A stretch of DNA of 32,000 bases from Nodosilinea sp. BSH.14 (GCA_023264315.1 JALQST010000001.1:1544-33543); one strand, 5' to 3'. Shown: positions 1 to 8,536, numbered from the stretch's first letter. Notes: a model not told the origin generated them from the sequence alone. A program made the numbers and translations.

Positions 1-765
1 CAACCCCTGGGGGCCATGCTCGTTGACCAGCGCCTTCACCAGGGAGGATTTCCCTGATCCCCGACTGCCGTAAAGCAGGACGTTGAGGGCGGGATAGCCC
101 CGCAGCAGAGCCAGGGTATTTTGCCGCAGTTGTTGGTGCGGATGGTCGTAGGCGGTGAGGCTGTCGAGGCGCACCGGGTCGGGATGGGCCACCCCCCGCA
201 GATCCCCATCCTGCCAGGTGAAAACTTGGTATTGGGCCAGTAGGCCAACCCCCTGCCGCTGATAGTGGGCGACCAAGTCCTCCAGTTGGTCGGGCCAGGG
301 CCGATCCGCAGCAAAGACAAACGGCAGCGGTGCCGGATCCGTTTCCCAGGCCACCGGCGGCTGATCGAGGCCACCCACCACCTGAATCCACTCCGCCACC
401 TGCTGACTGGTCAATCCGTGCAGGTGCTCCAGCAGGGCCAAATCATGGCGAGCCGCCTGACCCAGCGCTGGCGCAATGCCCGCCAACCCGTGGTGCTGCA
501 CCTGCTGGGTGAAGGGGTTATCGGCGTAGGCCATGCGCCGTTGTAGATAGCTCGACCAGGTCTCCTGGGCCATCGCCAAGGCCTGAAACCAGCCACTATA
601 GGCCCGCAGGCTTTCCGTGGTCGATTGACCCGCCACCGCCTCTAGAAGGGCCGCAAACGCCTGCCCCACCTCATCCTGCACACTGCTACCGTAGAGCAAC
701 AGCATGGCAAGGGTCTGACGATAGCCCTGAATCTCAGTCAAAATGGTGCTCGGAAACTGGGTCAT
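1..765 (-). CDS. P-loop ATPase, DUF815-like (first 255 codons; C-terminus lies beyond the window start)
   Basis: Absent from the ORF track because no stop lies inside the window. Hand translation of the reverse strand from ATG (comp. 765-763) stays open to nt 1: MTQFPSTILTEIQGYRQTLAML...RGYPALNVLLYGSRGSGKSSLVKALVNEHGPQGL. Walker A GSRGSGKSS is encoded at comp. 69-43. I associate the pattern GxRGxGKSSLVKA after a long helical N-region with DUF815 ATPases. Confidence 0.65.
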   Translation of the reverse strand, partial: MTQFPSTILTEIQGYRQTLAMLLLYGSSVQDEVGQAFAALLEAVAGQSTTESLRAYSGWFQALAMAQETWSSYLQRRMAYADNPFTQQVQHHGLAGIAPALGQAARHDLALLEHLHGLTSQQVAEWIQVVGGLDQPPVAWETDPAPLPFVFAADRPWPDQLEDLVAHYQRQGVGLLAQYQVFTWQDGDLRGVAHPDPVRLDSLTAYDHPHQQLRQNTLALLRGYPALNVLLYGSRGSGKSSLVKALVNEHGPQGL

Positions 766-1240
766 GGAGTTCTTTTCCGGTGCAGGATACCCGTGGGGGC
801 TAGACCGATGATACCTGGCAGCGTCGTCTGTCTTTAGTTAGACCTAAACCGGATCTGTACTCCTCTTCGTGGGGGTAGGCCACAATAGAAGGCAACCCGC
901 GCCACACGCCCATGACACAGCCGTCTGACCCGAATTCCAGCCCTGAACGCCGCTACGTCCAAAAGGCTGTAGATGCCCTGATCCAGTGGAGCCCGTTGGG
1001 GGAAATGGCTGGGCCTGTGCACACTTTTTGATTCAGCAAGAGTGGGCGATGGCTATGCTCACGTTTCCGGCCATGGTGGTGACGGCGGTTTGGGCTAGGT
1101 ATACGGGCAACTTTACGGCTCGGCTGGGGGAAATTGCGGGTGATCGTGGCACCCAGGACGCCGATGCCCTAGTGGCGTTGCTAGATCGGCCTCGGCCACC
1201 AACGCCCTACCCATAACGAATTTCTTTTTGTATGAGTTTT

Positions 1241-1265
1241 GGTGCATTGCTTCGCGAACGGCACC
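1241..1265. repeat. Short hairpin repeat, copy 1 (stem GGTGC/GCACC, loop aTTGCTTCGCGAAcg)
   Basis: Read directly: GGTGCattgcttcgcgaacgGCACC. It shares the 12-nt loop core TTGCTTCGCGAA and the stem-loop layout with the copy at 10783-10812. Confidence 0.5.
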
Positions 1266-1312
1266 CTCCGGTTGAAGGCAACACCATCCCGGTCATCCCT
1301 ACACCCTAACCA

Positions 1313-1522
1313 TCAGGAAGCCATCTCATAGGGATGAATTTGGGCTAAGGCTTCGGCCTTCTCTTGCTGGGCCTGATAGAGATCCCACCGCAATTGTAGG
1401 GTTAGCCAAAAATCGGCAGACATCGTAAAAAACATCGTAAAAAACTTCGCTAGTCGCAGGGCTAATCCTGGCGTTAATTTTTGTTGGCCGCTAATTATGG
1501 CCTCAACCTTGAGTTGGGCCAT
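1313..1522 (-). pseudogene. HigA/XRE-family antitoxin remnant (C-terminal part in frame, N-terminal HTH half degraded)
   Basis: The ORF MAQLKVEAIISGQQKLTPGLALRLAKFF(TMFFTM)SADFWLTLQLRWDLYQAQQ matches the HigA signature ...ITPEMALRLAKFFGTSAEFWLNLQ..YDL. The first about 40 residues of a normal HigA are missing. A shifted frame just upstream (...PPMLSPAR...) resembles the lost helix, and an in-frame TGA lies further up. Confidence 0.5.
1421..1444. repeat. Perfect 12-bp tandem duplication (catcgtaaaaaa x2) inside the HigA-like remnant
   Basis: Read directly at 1421-1432 and 1433-1444. It inserts a duplicated FFTM into the helix that normally reads AKFFG.S. Confidence 0.9.
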
Positions 1523-1881
1523 GGCCGTGCTGGGGAAAGCATGGGGGGAGACATGGTCTTAGCTCATCCAGTCTGTTCAGGGGAAATCACAGGGGCAGGG
1601 GCACGGCTTATAAGGCAACGGGGTTTCTGGGGTTCCGGCGCTACTGCCCTACTGGGGAAATGTGCAAGATGAGGTGGGGCAGGGGTTTGCAGGAGGGATG
1701 GGCTGTAGCCGGTCAGGGCTGGGGCAGTTGTTCAGGGTGCTAAATGCGGGTGGGGACGACCAGGATCGAACGGTTGTCGTAGCGGCTCTATTTTTCCTGG
1801 CGGGGAGAGTGATATTCTAAAGGCGTTATTGATGATCGCCTGGTCGAGCATCCTGTTGGTTGAGAGTAGAGGCAAGCGCTC

Positions 1882-1992
1882 ATGGAAGTTAACAAGCTCG
1901 GTTTTGTGGCCAGCATTCTTTTTGTGTTGGTGCCCACGGTGTTCCTGCTCATTCTGTACATCCAAACCTCCAGCAAGCAAACCGGGGCCTAG
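1882..1992 (+). CDS. psbM: Photosystem II reaction centre protein M
   Basis: Below the ORF-track size cut-off. Hand translation gives [36 protein letters not shown], a close match to the canonical PsbM pattern MEVNxLGFIAxxLFVLVPxxFLxILYVQT. A purine-rich stretch gagagtagagg lies upstream. Confidence 0.9.
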   Translation: MEVNKLGFVASILFVLVPTVFLLILYIQTSSKQTGA

Positions 1993-2051
1993 TTCTGGCA
2001 TGGCAGGTTGGATCAACCAGAGCACTCAGGTTATCCGATGATAGTACAAAG

Positions 2052-2077
2052 GCGCTGGCGGTTGTCAGCGCTTTTTT
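2052..2077 (+). terminator. Rho-independent terminator candidate after psbM
   Basis: GCGCTG-gcggttgt-CAGCGC followed by TTTTTT, about 60 nt after the psbM stop. Confidence 0.6.
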
Positions 2078-2117
2078 AAGGGGTACTTTAAGGAGTACAA
2101 GACTCATCGTAGGCGCT

Positions 2118-2894
2118 ATGACGTATTGCTTAGGGATACTGGCCCGGTCGGGGCTGGTGCTGGCAACGGATTCTCGCACCAATGCCGGAGTAGACTACAT
2201 TTCCTCCTACCGCAAGCTGTTTGACTTTTCGCTGCCGGGGGATCGGGTGATTTTGCTCTGCACTTCAGGCAATCTCTCCGTGACCCAGGGGGTTGTCCAT
2301 ACCTTGAGCCAAGATCTTAGAGGCAACCCATCCGCGAATCTTCATACCCTACCCACCCTGTACGATGTGGCCCGCTACGTGGGCAAGCAAATTCGGGCCA
2401 TGCAGGACGTAGACCGCGCTTGGCTGGAGAAGGACGGCATTGACTTCCAGTGCAGCATTTTGGTGGGGGGGCAAATTGTTGGGGAAGAACCGGCCCTCTT
2501 TTTGGTCTACAGCCAGGGTAACTGCATCCAGGCCACCCCAGAAACCCCGTTTTTGCAAATCGGCGAAACCAAATATGGCAAGCCCATCCTAGACCGCACC
2601 ATTCATTTTGATGCGCCCCTGGATGCCATCGCCAAATGTGCCCTGTTATCGCTAGATAGCACCATGCGGTCGAATCTCTCAGTGGGGCCACCGATCAACA
2701 TGGTGATGTACGAGGCGAATAGCTTTGCGGTCAAACACCGGGCGCAATTCCAGGCGGGGGATCCCTACCTGCTAAAAATGCGAAAACATTGGGAAGTCTC
2801 GCTCCGGGAAGCCTCCGCCAGTATGCCCGACATCGACTGGAACCAAACCGAAGAGGCGATGCCCACGGCAACCGCTGACCTGGAGAAGAACTAG
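2118..2894 (+). CDS. Proteasome-type Ntn peptidase, Anbu-like (ancestral beta subunit family)
   Basis: 258-aa ORF starting MTYCLGILARSGLVLATDSRTNAGVDYISSYRKL. Thr2 directly follows the initiator Met (N-terminal nucleophile, no propeptide), and TDSRTNAG is as I recall for Anbu/proteasome-beta-like peptidases. Confidence 0.75.
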   Translation: MTYCLGILARSGLVLATDSRTNAGVDYISSYRKLFDFSLPGDRVILLCTSGNLSVTQGVVHTLSQDLRGNPSANLHTLPTLYDVARYVGKQIRAMQDVDRAWLEKDGIDFQCSILVGGQIVGEEPALFLVYSQGNCIQATPETPFLQIGETKYGKPILDRTIHFDAPLDAIAKCALLSLDSTMRSNLSVGPPINMVMYEANSFAVKHRAQFQAGDPYLLKMRKHWEVSLREASASMPDIDWNQTEEAMPTATADLEKN

Positions 2895-3700
2895 CCTTGT
2901 AAGGCAAGGGCCGCCACATAGCCCGCTGTAGGTTGCCACTGGTAGATCTGCCACCCCGGTTCTAGGCCTGGGGCGGATGGTATCAACTGAGGTTCCGTAG
3001 GTTGACGGTCAGAGGATAGCGTCAAATCTACGGTATTGAGGGGAATTATCAGCCCTACGCCAAGCCCTTTGACGTAGGCTTCTTTGCACGTCCAGTATCG
3101 CAAGAACTGTACCGAAGCCTGATCCGGTGGCAAGGACAACACGGTCGCCGATTCGGCTTCACTGAGGTAACGACGACAGAGTTGGGGCAATTGCCGTCGG
3201 GGCTGAATCGGCTCGATGTCAATCCCGACGGCTTGGCGATGACTAAGGACGAGGGCCAGCCAGTTACCGCCGTGGGAGAGGTTAAACTGAAAGCTGGGAT
3301 CCTCTACTAAAAACGGTTTGCCGTGGGATCCAGTGCCGAGGGTGAGGCGATTGGCAGGGTGTCCTGTCACCTGGCTTAGCCATTGTCGTAACAGGCTGCG
3401 ACCCGCCAAAAATGTCCGTCGCCGCTGTGCGTGGCGAATCCCGTTTGCTTGGGCCTGTTCCGCTGGGCTGAGGACGTGGGGGTCAGGCTCCGCAGCGGCT
3501 AGGGGCATCGTCATCGCCACGCTATCCGCCACGGGCCACACCTGTGCCGAGGGGGCGGGGGAGATCGGCAATAATCTATTGGAGTGGGGACTATAGGGAT
3601 AGGACTTCGCCAAGCTATCCGTAGGGATCGTGATGGGCCATTGGTCAAATTTCGGCATTAATACGGAGTTAGGATAGAGGGAGTGGCCTGTATTTTCCAT
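2891..3700 (-). CDS. 4'-phosphopantetheinyl transferase, Sfp/HetI type
   Basis: Motifs GKPFL...FNLSHGGNWLALVLS...VGIDIE...FLRYWTCKEAYVKGLG. The start is uncertain: M1 at 3700 or M15 at 3658. The recognisable domain begins near ...VWPV. Confidence 0.8.
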   Translation of the reverse strand: MENTGHSLYPNSVLMPKFDQWPITIPTDSLAKSYPYSPHSNRLLPISPAPSAQVWPVADSVAMTMPLAAAEPDPHVLSPAEQAQANGIRHAQRRRTFLAGRSLLRQWLSQVTGHPANRLTLGTGSHGKPFLVEDPSFQFNLSHGGNWLALVLSHRQAVGIDIEPIQPRRQLPQLCRRYLSEAESATVLSLPPDQASVQFLRYWTCKEAYVKGLGVGLIIPLNTVDLTLSSDRQPTEPQLIPSAPGLEPGWQIYQWQPTAGYVAALALQG

Positions 3701-3720
3701 TCCTAAATCAGGGTATCACT

Positions 3721-4932
3721 TTGCCCGCTCCATCGTCCTCCCCATCCGCTGCCGATCCCCACCTACCCAAGCCCCATGTTTGCATTGTGGGCGGCGGCTT
3801 TGGCGGTCTCTACTGCGCCCTAGCCCTTCAGCACTACCAGCAGCGATCTGCCCCTAGCTTTCGGATCACCCTGGTGGAGCCAAGGGATCGGTTTTTGTTT
3901 ACGCCCCTGCTTTATGAGGTGTTGACCGACGAACTCAAGCCTTGGGAAATTGCCCCTAGCTACCGCGAGTTGCTCAGCCCTTACCCCATCCAGCATTGTC
4001 AAGACTGGGTCGAGCACATTGACGTTCATCAACAACACATCTTCCTCCGGCAAGGCGAAACGCTGTCCTACGACTATCTGGTGGTATCCACCGGGAGCCG
4101 CCTAAAGCCCCCCCTCGAGGGCAGCCACCATGCCCTACCCTTCACCACCTTGGAAGACACCTGGGCCTTAGAACGGCGGCTGGCCGATCTAGAACCCACC
4201 GCAACGGAGGATCGGCCCATCCATGTGGTCGTTACAGGGGCGGGGCCAAGTGGGGTAGAACTGGCCTGTAAATTGGCGGATCGCCTCGGAGGGCGGGGCC
4301 GTATCACCGTTCTAGATCGACGGGCCGTTATTTTGCGATCCCATTCCCTGGCCATTCAGAAGGCAGCGTCTAGAGCGATGGCCAAGCGGGGTATTGCGGT
4401 GTTTACCGATGTTGCCCTGGAGGCGGTGAAGGCGGATCAGGTGGTCTACCGTCACGCCAACCGCACCCACCATTGTCCCGCCAATATTGTGGTGTGGACG
4501 ATAGGTACTATTCCACAGCCCTGGCTAGGGATGGAGATTCCCAAGCAGTCTCCCTTGGCCCAATGCCTGGTCAAGCCAACCCTGCAACTACTGGACTACG
4601 ACAATGTTTTTGTGCTGGGCGATCTGGCTGAAATGCCGGGGCCAAACAACAGCCGTGCCCCCATGACTGCCCAAGCCGCTTACCAGGCGGCCCCTGTGGT
4701 GGCCCATAATCTCTGGGCTAGCGTCCACCACCGTGCTTTGCGCCCCTTCCACTATCACCACCTGGGCAATATGCTCACCCTAGGCAAGGGCGAGGCGGTG
4801 GTGCATGGCTGTGGACTCTGTCTCACCGGACGCCTAGGAGCCATGGCCCGCCGTTGGGGATATTGGCTGCGCCTACCCACCGTTCACCATCGATGGCGGG
4901 TGCTCAAGCACTGGCTCGGATTCGCGAAATAG
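3721..4932 (+). CDS. Type II NAD(P)H dehydrogenase (NDH-2, Ndb-like FAD oxidoreductase)
   Basis: Two Rossmann dinucleotide motifs, VCIVGGGFGGLYCA and VVVTGAGPSGVELA, plus a late FVLGDLA motif. About 400 aa, like cyanobacterial Ndb proteins. The ORF-track start is TTG, and no in-frame ATG lies upstream of the first GxGxxG. Confidence 0.85.
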   Translation: MPAPSSSPSAADPHLPKPHVCIVGGGFGGLYCALALQHYQQRSAPSFRITLVEPRDRFLFTPLLYEVLTDELKPWEIAPSYRELLSPYPIQHCQDWVEHIDVHQQHIFLRQGETLSYDYLVVSTGSRLKPPLEGSHHALPFTTLEDTWALERRLADLEPTATEDRPIHVVVTGAGPSGVELACKLADRLGGRGRITVLDRRAVILRSHSLAIQKAASRAMAKRGIAVFTDVALEAVKADQVVYRHANRTHHCPANIVVWTIGTIPQPWLGMEIPKQSPLAQCLVKPTLQLLDYDNVFVLGDLAEMPGPNNSRAPMTAQAAYQAAPVVAHNLWASVHHRALRPFHYHHLGNMLTLGKGEAVVHGCGLCLTGRLGAMARRWGYWLRLPTVHHRWRVLKHWLGFAK

Positions 4933-4992
4933 CCCTGCATCCCCTGGCCCCAGCCCATCTGCTAGGGCTGCCCTGCCCCACCCCCTAGCCGG

Positions 4993-5015
4993 GAATAGCC
5001 CTCAGCGGGCTATTC
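4993..5015. terminator. Perfect 9-bp hairpin between convergent NDH-2 and comFB-like genes
   Basis: GAATAGCCC-tcagc-GGGCTATTC read directly. There is no clear U-tract on either strand, so terminator function is tentative. Confidence 0.4.
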
Positions 5016-5018
5016 TGA

Positions 5019-5558
5019 CTAGTCGGAGGATTCAAATTTATAGGCGTGGTCTTGCAGCAAGCTGCTGACCTGGATGAGCACGCTGTCGCCAGCTTTCTTC
5101 TGAATGGTTTGGCGTTCGGGGAAGAATTCGGGCTTATCAAGGTTGCGGGTGATGGCTTGGCACACCTGTTCAGCAATCAGGTCGGCCAGTTCGCCACGGG
5201 CCGTGTCGCGCTGGAAATGGGCCCCTTCCTCGGTGGTGGCGTAGAGGGGAGGGAGACGGTTGAGGGCGTAGGCGGCAATGTCGCCCAGGTCTAGGGTGGT
5301 ATCGGAGGCGGCTTCAATTTCGGCCACGCGGGAGATGGCCTCCGTCAGCACCAGTTCTTCCATCACGTTGATGAACTGCTTGCGAGGCACCGCCACCACG
5401 TCCCCGGTTAGCAGGGCACCCATGAGACGATCGAGGGCCATATATTCTTCAATGGAGAGTTCTGAGGCGGTATCGCAAATGCGTCCGACCTCCGCCTCCA
5501 TGGCAGGGGTTAAATAGCCGTCTTGCAGGGCCTGCTCAACGATTTTTTCAATGGTCAT
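5019..5558 (-). CDS. ComFB-domain protein (cyanobacterial ComFB/CdgR-like)
   Basis: The C-terminal half contains DIAAYALNRLPPLYATTEEG, the D.xAxALNxLPPxY signature I associate with the ComFB family. The N-terminal about 70 aa is an extra helical region. Confidence 0.6.
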   Translation of the reverse strand: MTIEKIVEQALQDGYLTPAMEAEVGRICDTASELSIEEYMALDRLMGALLTGDVVAVPRKQFINVMEELVLTEAISRVAEIEAASDTTLDLGDIAAYALNRLPPLYATTEEGAHFQRDTARGELADLIAEQVCQAITRNLDKPEFFPERQTIQKKAGDSVLIQVSSLLQDHAYKFESSD

Positions 5559-5717
5559 TGGGCCAAACGCTCCATTGTGGATAGAGAGGGTGAGCAGCCG
5601 TTGCTGCGGGGGAATCGGGGGACATTGCTGAGGTTGCTTACGGAGCCTAGTGTGCCCTAAGCACCCGGGGGAGGCAAGCCAGAATCACGATGATTCGCCA
5701 CATCCTGTCGAGAACTA

Positions 5718-5948
5718 TCAATACTTCATAAAGCCAATGGCTTGCTTCCAAATTTGGTGTCGTCCTTGGTGCTCCACCTCTAGGCAGATGCAGTGAGGAT
5801 CCTGCCAGAGCACTCGCCCAGAGATCAAGTCGCCCGTCAAAAGCTTAACCTCAATGGTCTTTTTCTCGCGAATCAGGGTCTGAACCTGACGAACACTAGG
5901 GAACCCGGTTGCGAACTCTTGGGACATGGCACCTAAGACCATCGACAT
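5718..5948 (-). CDS. hfq: Cyanobacterial Hfq-like Sm protein
   Basis: GFPSVRQVQTLIREKKTIEVKLLTGDLISGRVLWQD closely parallels Synechocystis Ssr3341 ([26 protein letters not shown]...WQD). It lies divergent to dapF, an arrangement I recall from other cyanobacteria. Confidence 0.7.
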   Translation of the reverse strand: MSMVLGAMSQEFATGFPSVRQVQTLIREKKTIEVKLLTGDLISGRVLWQDPHCICLEVEHQGRHQIWKQAIGFMKY

Positions 5949-6082
5949 CTGCTGCCTTTACGTTACCGTGAACTTAAAAATTCAGAATACCAAGGTGGAA
6001 AATCGTTAGAAAATATCCCCTTCAGCCCTGGAACAGGGTTTAATTTGAAGAGCATTTCATAACGTGATGGGCGAGCCAACGC

Positions 6083-6934
6083 ATGGAGTTTAGTAAGTAC
6101 CACGGACTGGGAAATGATTTCATCCTGGTGGACAATCGCCATCAGCCCGACCCGCTGGTTTCCCCGGAGACGGCGGCGGCCTGGTGCGATCGCCACTTTG
6201 GCATTGGGGCGGATGGGGTCATTTTTGCCCTCCCCGGCCAAAACGACACCGACTACACCATGCGCATCTACAACTCCGACGGATCGGAACCGGAGATGTG
6301 CGGCAACGGCATCCGCTGTTTGGCCAAATTCCTCGAAGCCCTGGAAACTGCTGACGGCAAAGCGCCCCAAGCGCCCCACACCTACCGCATCCACACCCTG
6401 GCCGGGATGATTTCCCCCACCCTGCAAGCCGATGGCCAAGTCACCGTAGACATGGGCACCCCCATCCTGGTAGCACAAGACATCCCCACGACCCTAGGCA
6501 CCCCCGATGACAAGGTGGTGAGCCTGCCAATCTCCGTGGCGGGGCAAGATTGGGCCGTTACCTGTGTGAGCATGGGCAACCCCCACTGCATCACCTTCGT
6601 GGACGATGTCGCCGCCATTGACCTAGAGAAAATCGGCTCCCAGTTTGAGCATCACCCCGCCTTTCCCCAGCGCATCAACACCGAGTTTATCCAAGTGGTG
6701 CGGCCCGATTATCTGCAAATGCGGGTATGGGAGCGGGGGGCTGGCATCACCCTCGCCTGCGGCACCGGAGCCTGTGCTTCCCTGGTGGCGGGGGTGCTGA
6801 ATGGTCGCTGTGATCGGGCTGCAACGGTGGAACTGCCCGGTGGCCCCCTGAAGATCGAATGGTCGGCGGTGGATGATCGCATTTATATGACTGGCCCCGC
6901 CCAGTTGGTGTTCACGGGATCCGTGGCCGGATAG
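6083..6934 (+). CDS. dapF: Diaminopimelate epimerase
   Basis: [18 protein letters not shown]..., with catalytic-Cys contexts EMCGNGIRC and ACGTGACA. The 283-aa length is typical. Confidence 0.95.
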   Translation: MEFSKYHGLGNDFILVDNRHQPDPLVSPETAAAWCDRHFGIGADGVIFALPGQNDTDYTMRIYNSDGSEPEMCGNGIRCLAKFLEALETADGKAPQAPHTYRIHTLAGMISPTLQADGQVTVDMGTPILVAQDIPTTLGTPDDKVVSLPISVAGQDWAVTCVSMGNPHCITFVDDVAAIDLEKIGSQFEHHPAFPQRINTEFIQVVRPDYLQMRVWERGAGITLACGTGACASLVAGVLNGRCDRAATVELPGGPLKIEWSAVDDRIYMTGPAQLVFTGSVAG

Positions 6935-6946
6935 GGCCAGACCTCA

Positions 6947-7001
6947 GGACAGATTGTTGACATCCTCCTCGAACTAAAGGACGAGGATTCCCAGTCTGTC
7001 C
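6947..7001 (+). terminator. Compound hairpin after dapF
   Basis: Outer stem GGACAGA...TCTGTCC encloses inner stem TCCTCG-aactaaagga-CGAGGA. The trailing U-tract is weak (gttatt). Confidence 0.4.
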
Positions 7002-7197
7002 GTTATTGGCGGACTCCTGATGGGTAGACGGATCATCGCCAACTACCCCGATTGGGGTCTTATACTGGCTCACACGCCCATTTAAGTCGGTGTGCCCCAC
7101 CGCCAGTTGGATTGTATCATTCTTGTGCCCTAAAGGGCAGGGCTTGAAACCCGCTAGGTTTTGGTCAGGCTGGAGTAGTCCCCCCAGGCGTCTGTCT

Positions 7198-8121
7198 ATG
7201 AACGAGGGCGAATACCAACGTCGCACAAGCTATCGCCTACTGCTTGCCACCCTTTGGGCTACGCTGCTCTTGCTGGCGGTGGAGGGGATTGGGGGATGGG
7301 CCACGGGGTCACTGACGCTGCTGGCGGAGGCTTTGCACACGCTCATCGACGGCTTTAGCACGGTACTCAGCCTGGTAGCGGTGACATCGCCCCAGCGGCA
7401 ACTGGGCCGAGAGGTGTGGGGCCATGGCCGTTCTGAGGTGGCGGCAACGCTGATTTTGTGCGCATTTCTGGGTTTTACCGGAATTAGCCTGCTCCTTATC
7501 GCCCTGCGTCAGATTTGGGCGGGGTTCCATGGCGCGGCGAATCCCTTCCCCGTCGATCTAGATACCCATGTTCTGCGGCTGACGGCGCTGATGGTAATCG
7601 TGAATGTAGCCCTGGGAGTCTATGCCAACTACCAGGCCCGTAGCCTGAATAGCCTTGCCCTGCGGCTAAATACCCAGCATTTCCTAGCCGATGTCTGGCT
7701 CAGCCTGGTGATGGTGGCGGTGCTAATGGCGATTTACTATGACCAGCGCTGGCTCGATCCCATGTTTGCCCTGGGGTTACTGGTCTTCATGGCCCGCAGC
7801 CTCTGGCGGGTGCTCAGCGAACAACTGCCCATGCTGCTAAGGCCCACGGCCATTGCCCCCGAAGCCATCGTCCACCTCGTCACCCAGGTCGAGGGCGTCA
7901 TCCGCTGTCAGCGCATTCGGTCGCGGGGAATGGTGGGACGGCAAGTATGGGTAGATCTTCACCTCGCCCTCCACCCTGAATACATGGAACTGGCCGACGA
8001 CATTGGCGAACAAATCGAAGCCCTGCTACGCCGCCAGTATGGCCCCCTACACACCCACATTTGGATTGAACCTAGCCGCCACCCAGATCAATACTGGGAT
8101 CCAGGACTATCTGGGTATTAG
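7198..8121 (+). CDS. Cation diffusion facilitator (CDF) family metal efflux transporter
   Basis: TM2 HTLID and TM5 HFLAD (HxxxD metal-site motifs), six hydrophobic segments and a C-terminal cytoplasmic domain. I prefer the ATG at 7198 (MNEGEYQRR...) over the track start at 7090, whose extra 36 residues do not look like protein. Confidence 0.85.
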   Translation: MNEGEYQRRTSYRLLLATLWATLLLLAVEGIGGWATGSLTLLAEALHTLIDGFSTVLSLVAVTSPQRQLGREVWGHGRSEVAATLILCAFLGFTGISLLLIALRQIWAGFHGAANPFPVDLDTHVLRLTALMVIVNVALGVYANYQARSLNSLALRLNTQHFLADVWLSLVMVAVLMAIYYDQRWLDPMFALGLLVFMARSLWRVLSEQLPMLLRPTAIAPEAIVHLVTQVEGVIRCQRIRSRGMVGRQVWVDLHLALHPEYMELADDIGEQIEALLRRQYGPLHTHIWIEPSRHPDQYWDPGLSGY

Positions 8122-8233
8122 TTCAACCTAAGTTCGGAGCCAGAGGATTTCCGGGAAGTATCAACTAGCACACAGGAACCCGGATCGCACACCAGATCCC
8201 TCGGTATTAGGCCCAAAGTGCTGTAGGGGTTGG

Positions 8234-8536
8234 TCAACGTTTGGGCTTGGTGACGACGGTAACGGGGCCATTTACCGTGGCTTGGCAGGCGAGGCGGCAG
8301 GTGCTAGGCCACTTCTTCAGCTTGCGCTCCTCTACTGCCGTGCGGGGGGAGAGGTTTTCGCCACCCGACACCACATCCACAATGCAGGTGCCGCACTGGC
8401 CATAGCCGCCGCAGTTCATCAGCTTACCGCTGAAGGTGTAGAGATCAATCCGGTTCTCCAGCGCCTTGAACCGCAGGTTCGCCCCATCGGCCATGATGAT
8501 CTCTTGGTCTTCGTTAAGAAACTTAATAGTAGCCAT
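8234..8536 (-). CDS. 2Fe-2S ferredoxin-like protein
   Basis: Cys pattern C-x5-C-x2-C ... C ([11 protein letters not shown] ... CRLAC). The start is placed at MATIKF because AAGGAG lies 9 nt upstream, rather than at the track start 8554. Confidence 0.75.
   Translation of the reverse strand: MATIKFLNEDQEIIMADGANLRFKALENRIDLYTFSGKLMNCGGYGQCGTCIVDVVSGGENLSPRTAVEERKLKKWPSTCRLACQATVNGPVTVVTKPKR

Noticed and set aside
1741-1830. tRNA-like string on the minus strand (tggggacgaccaGGATCGAAcgg resembles the reverse complement of a T-arm plus acceptor 3' end), and the 97-aa ORF 1732-2025
   Set aside because: I could not pair a 5-bp T-stem around the GATCGAA loop (3/5 pairs at best) or find a matching 5' acceptor strand, so this is not a tRNA. 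It might be a degraded tRNA 3' fragment, but that is unsupported. The ORF is antisense to psbM.
5963-6478. 171-aa ORF antisense to dapF. Similar antisense or off-frame ORFs occur in leuA (14301-15192), ggt (22802-23335), glgA (29114-29719, 29888-30334) and def (30754-31236)
   Set aside because: The same shadow-ORF reasoning applies. Each overlaps a gene with unmistakable family motifs on the other strand or frame.
7090-7197. N-terminal extensions of track ORFs: CDF 7090-7197, queA 21182-21352, exonuclease 16919-17068, ggt 22337-22411, ferredoxin-like 8537-8554, leuA 15894-15905
   Set aside because: The extra residues lack similarity to the respective families and sometimes overlap neighbouring genes. 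Internal ATGs with better Shine-Dalgarno context coincide with the start of the conserved region.
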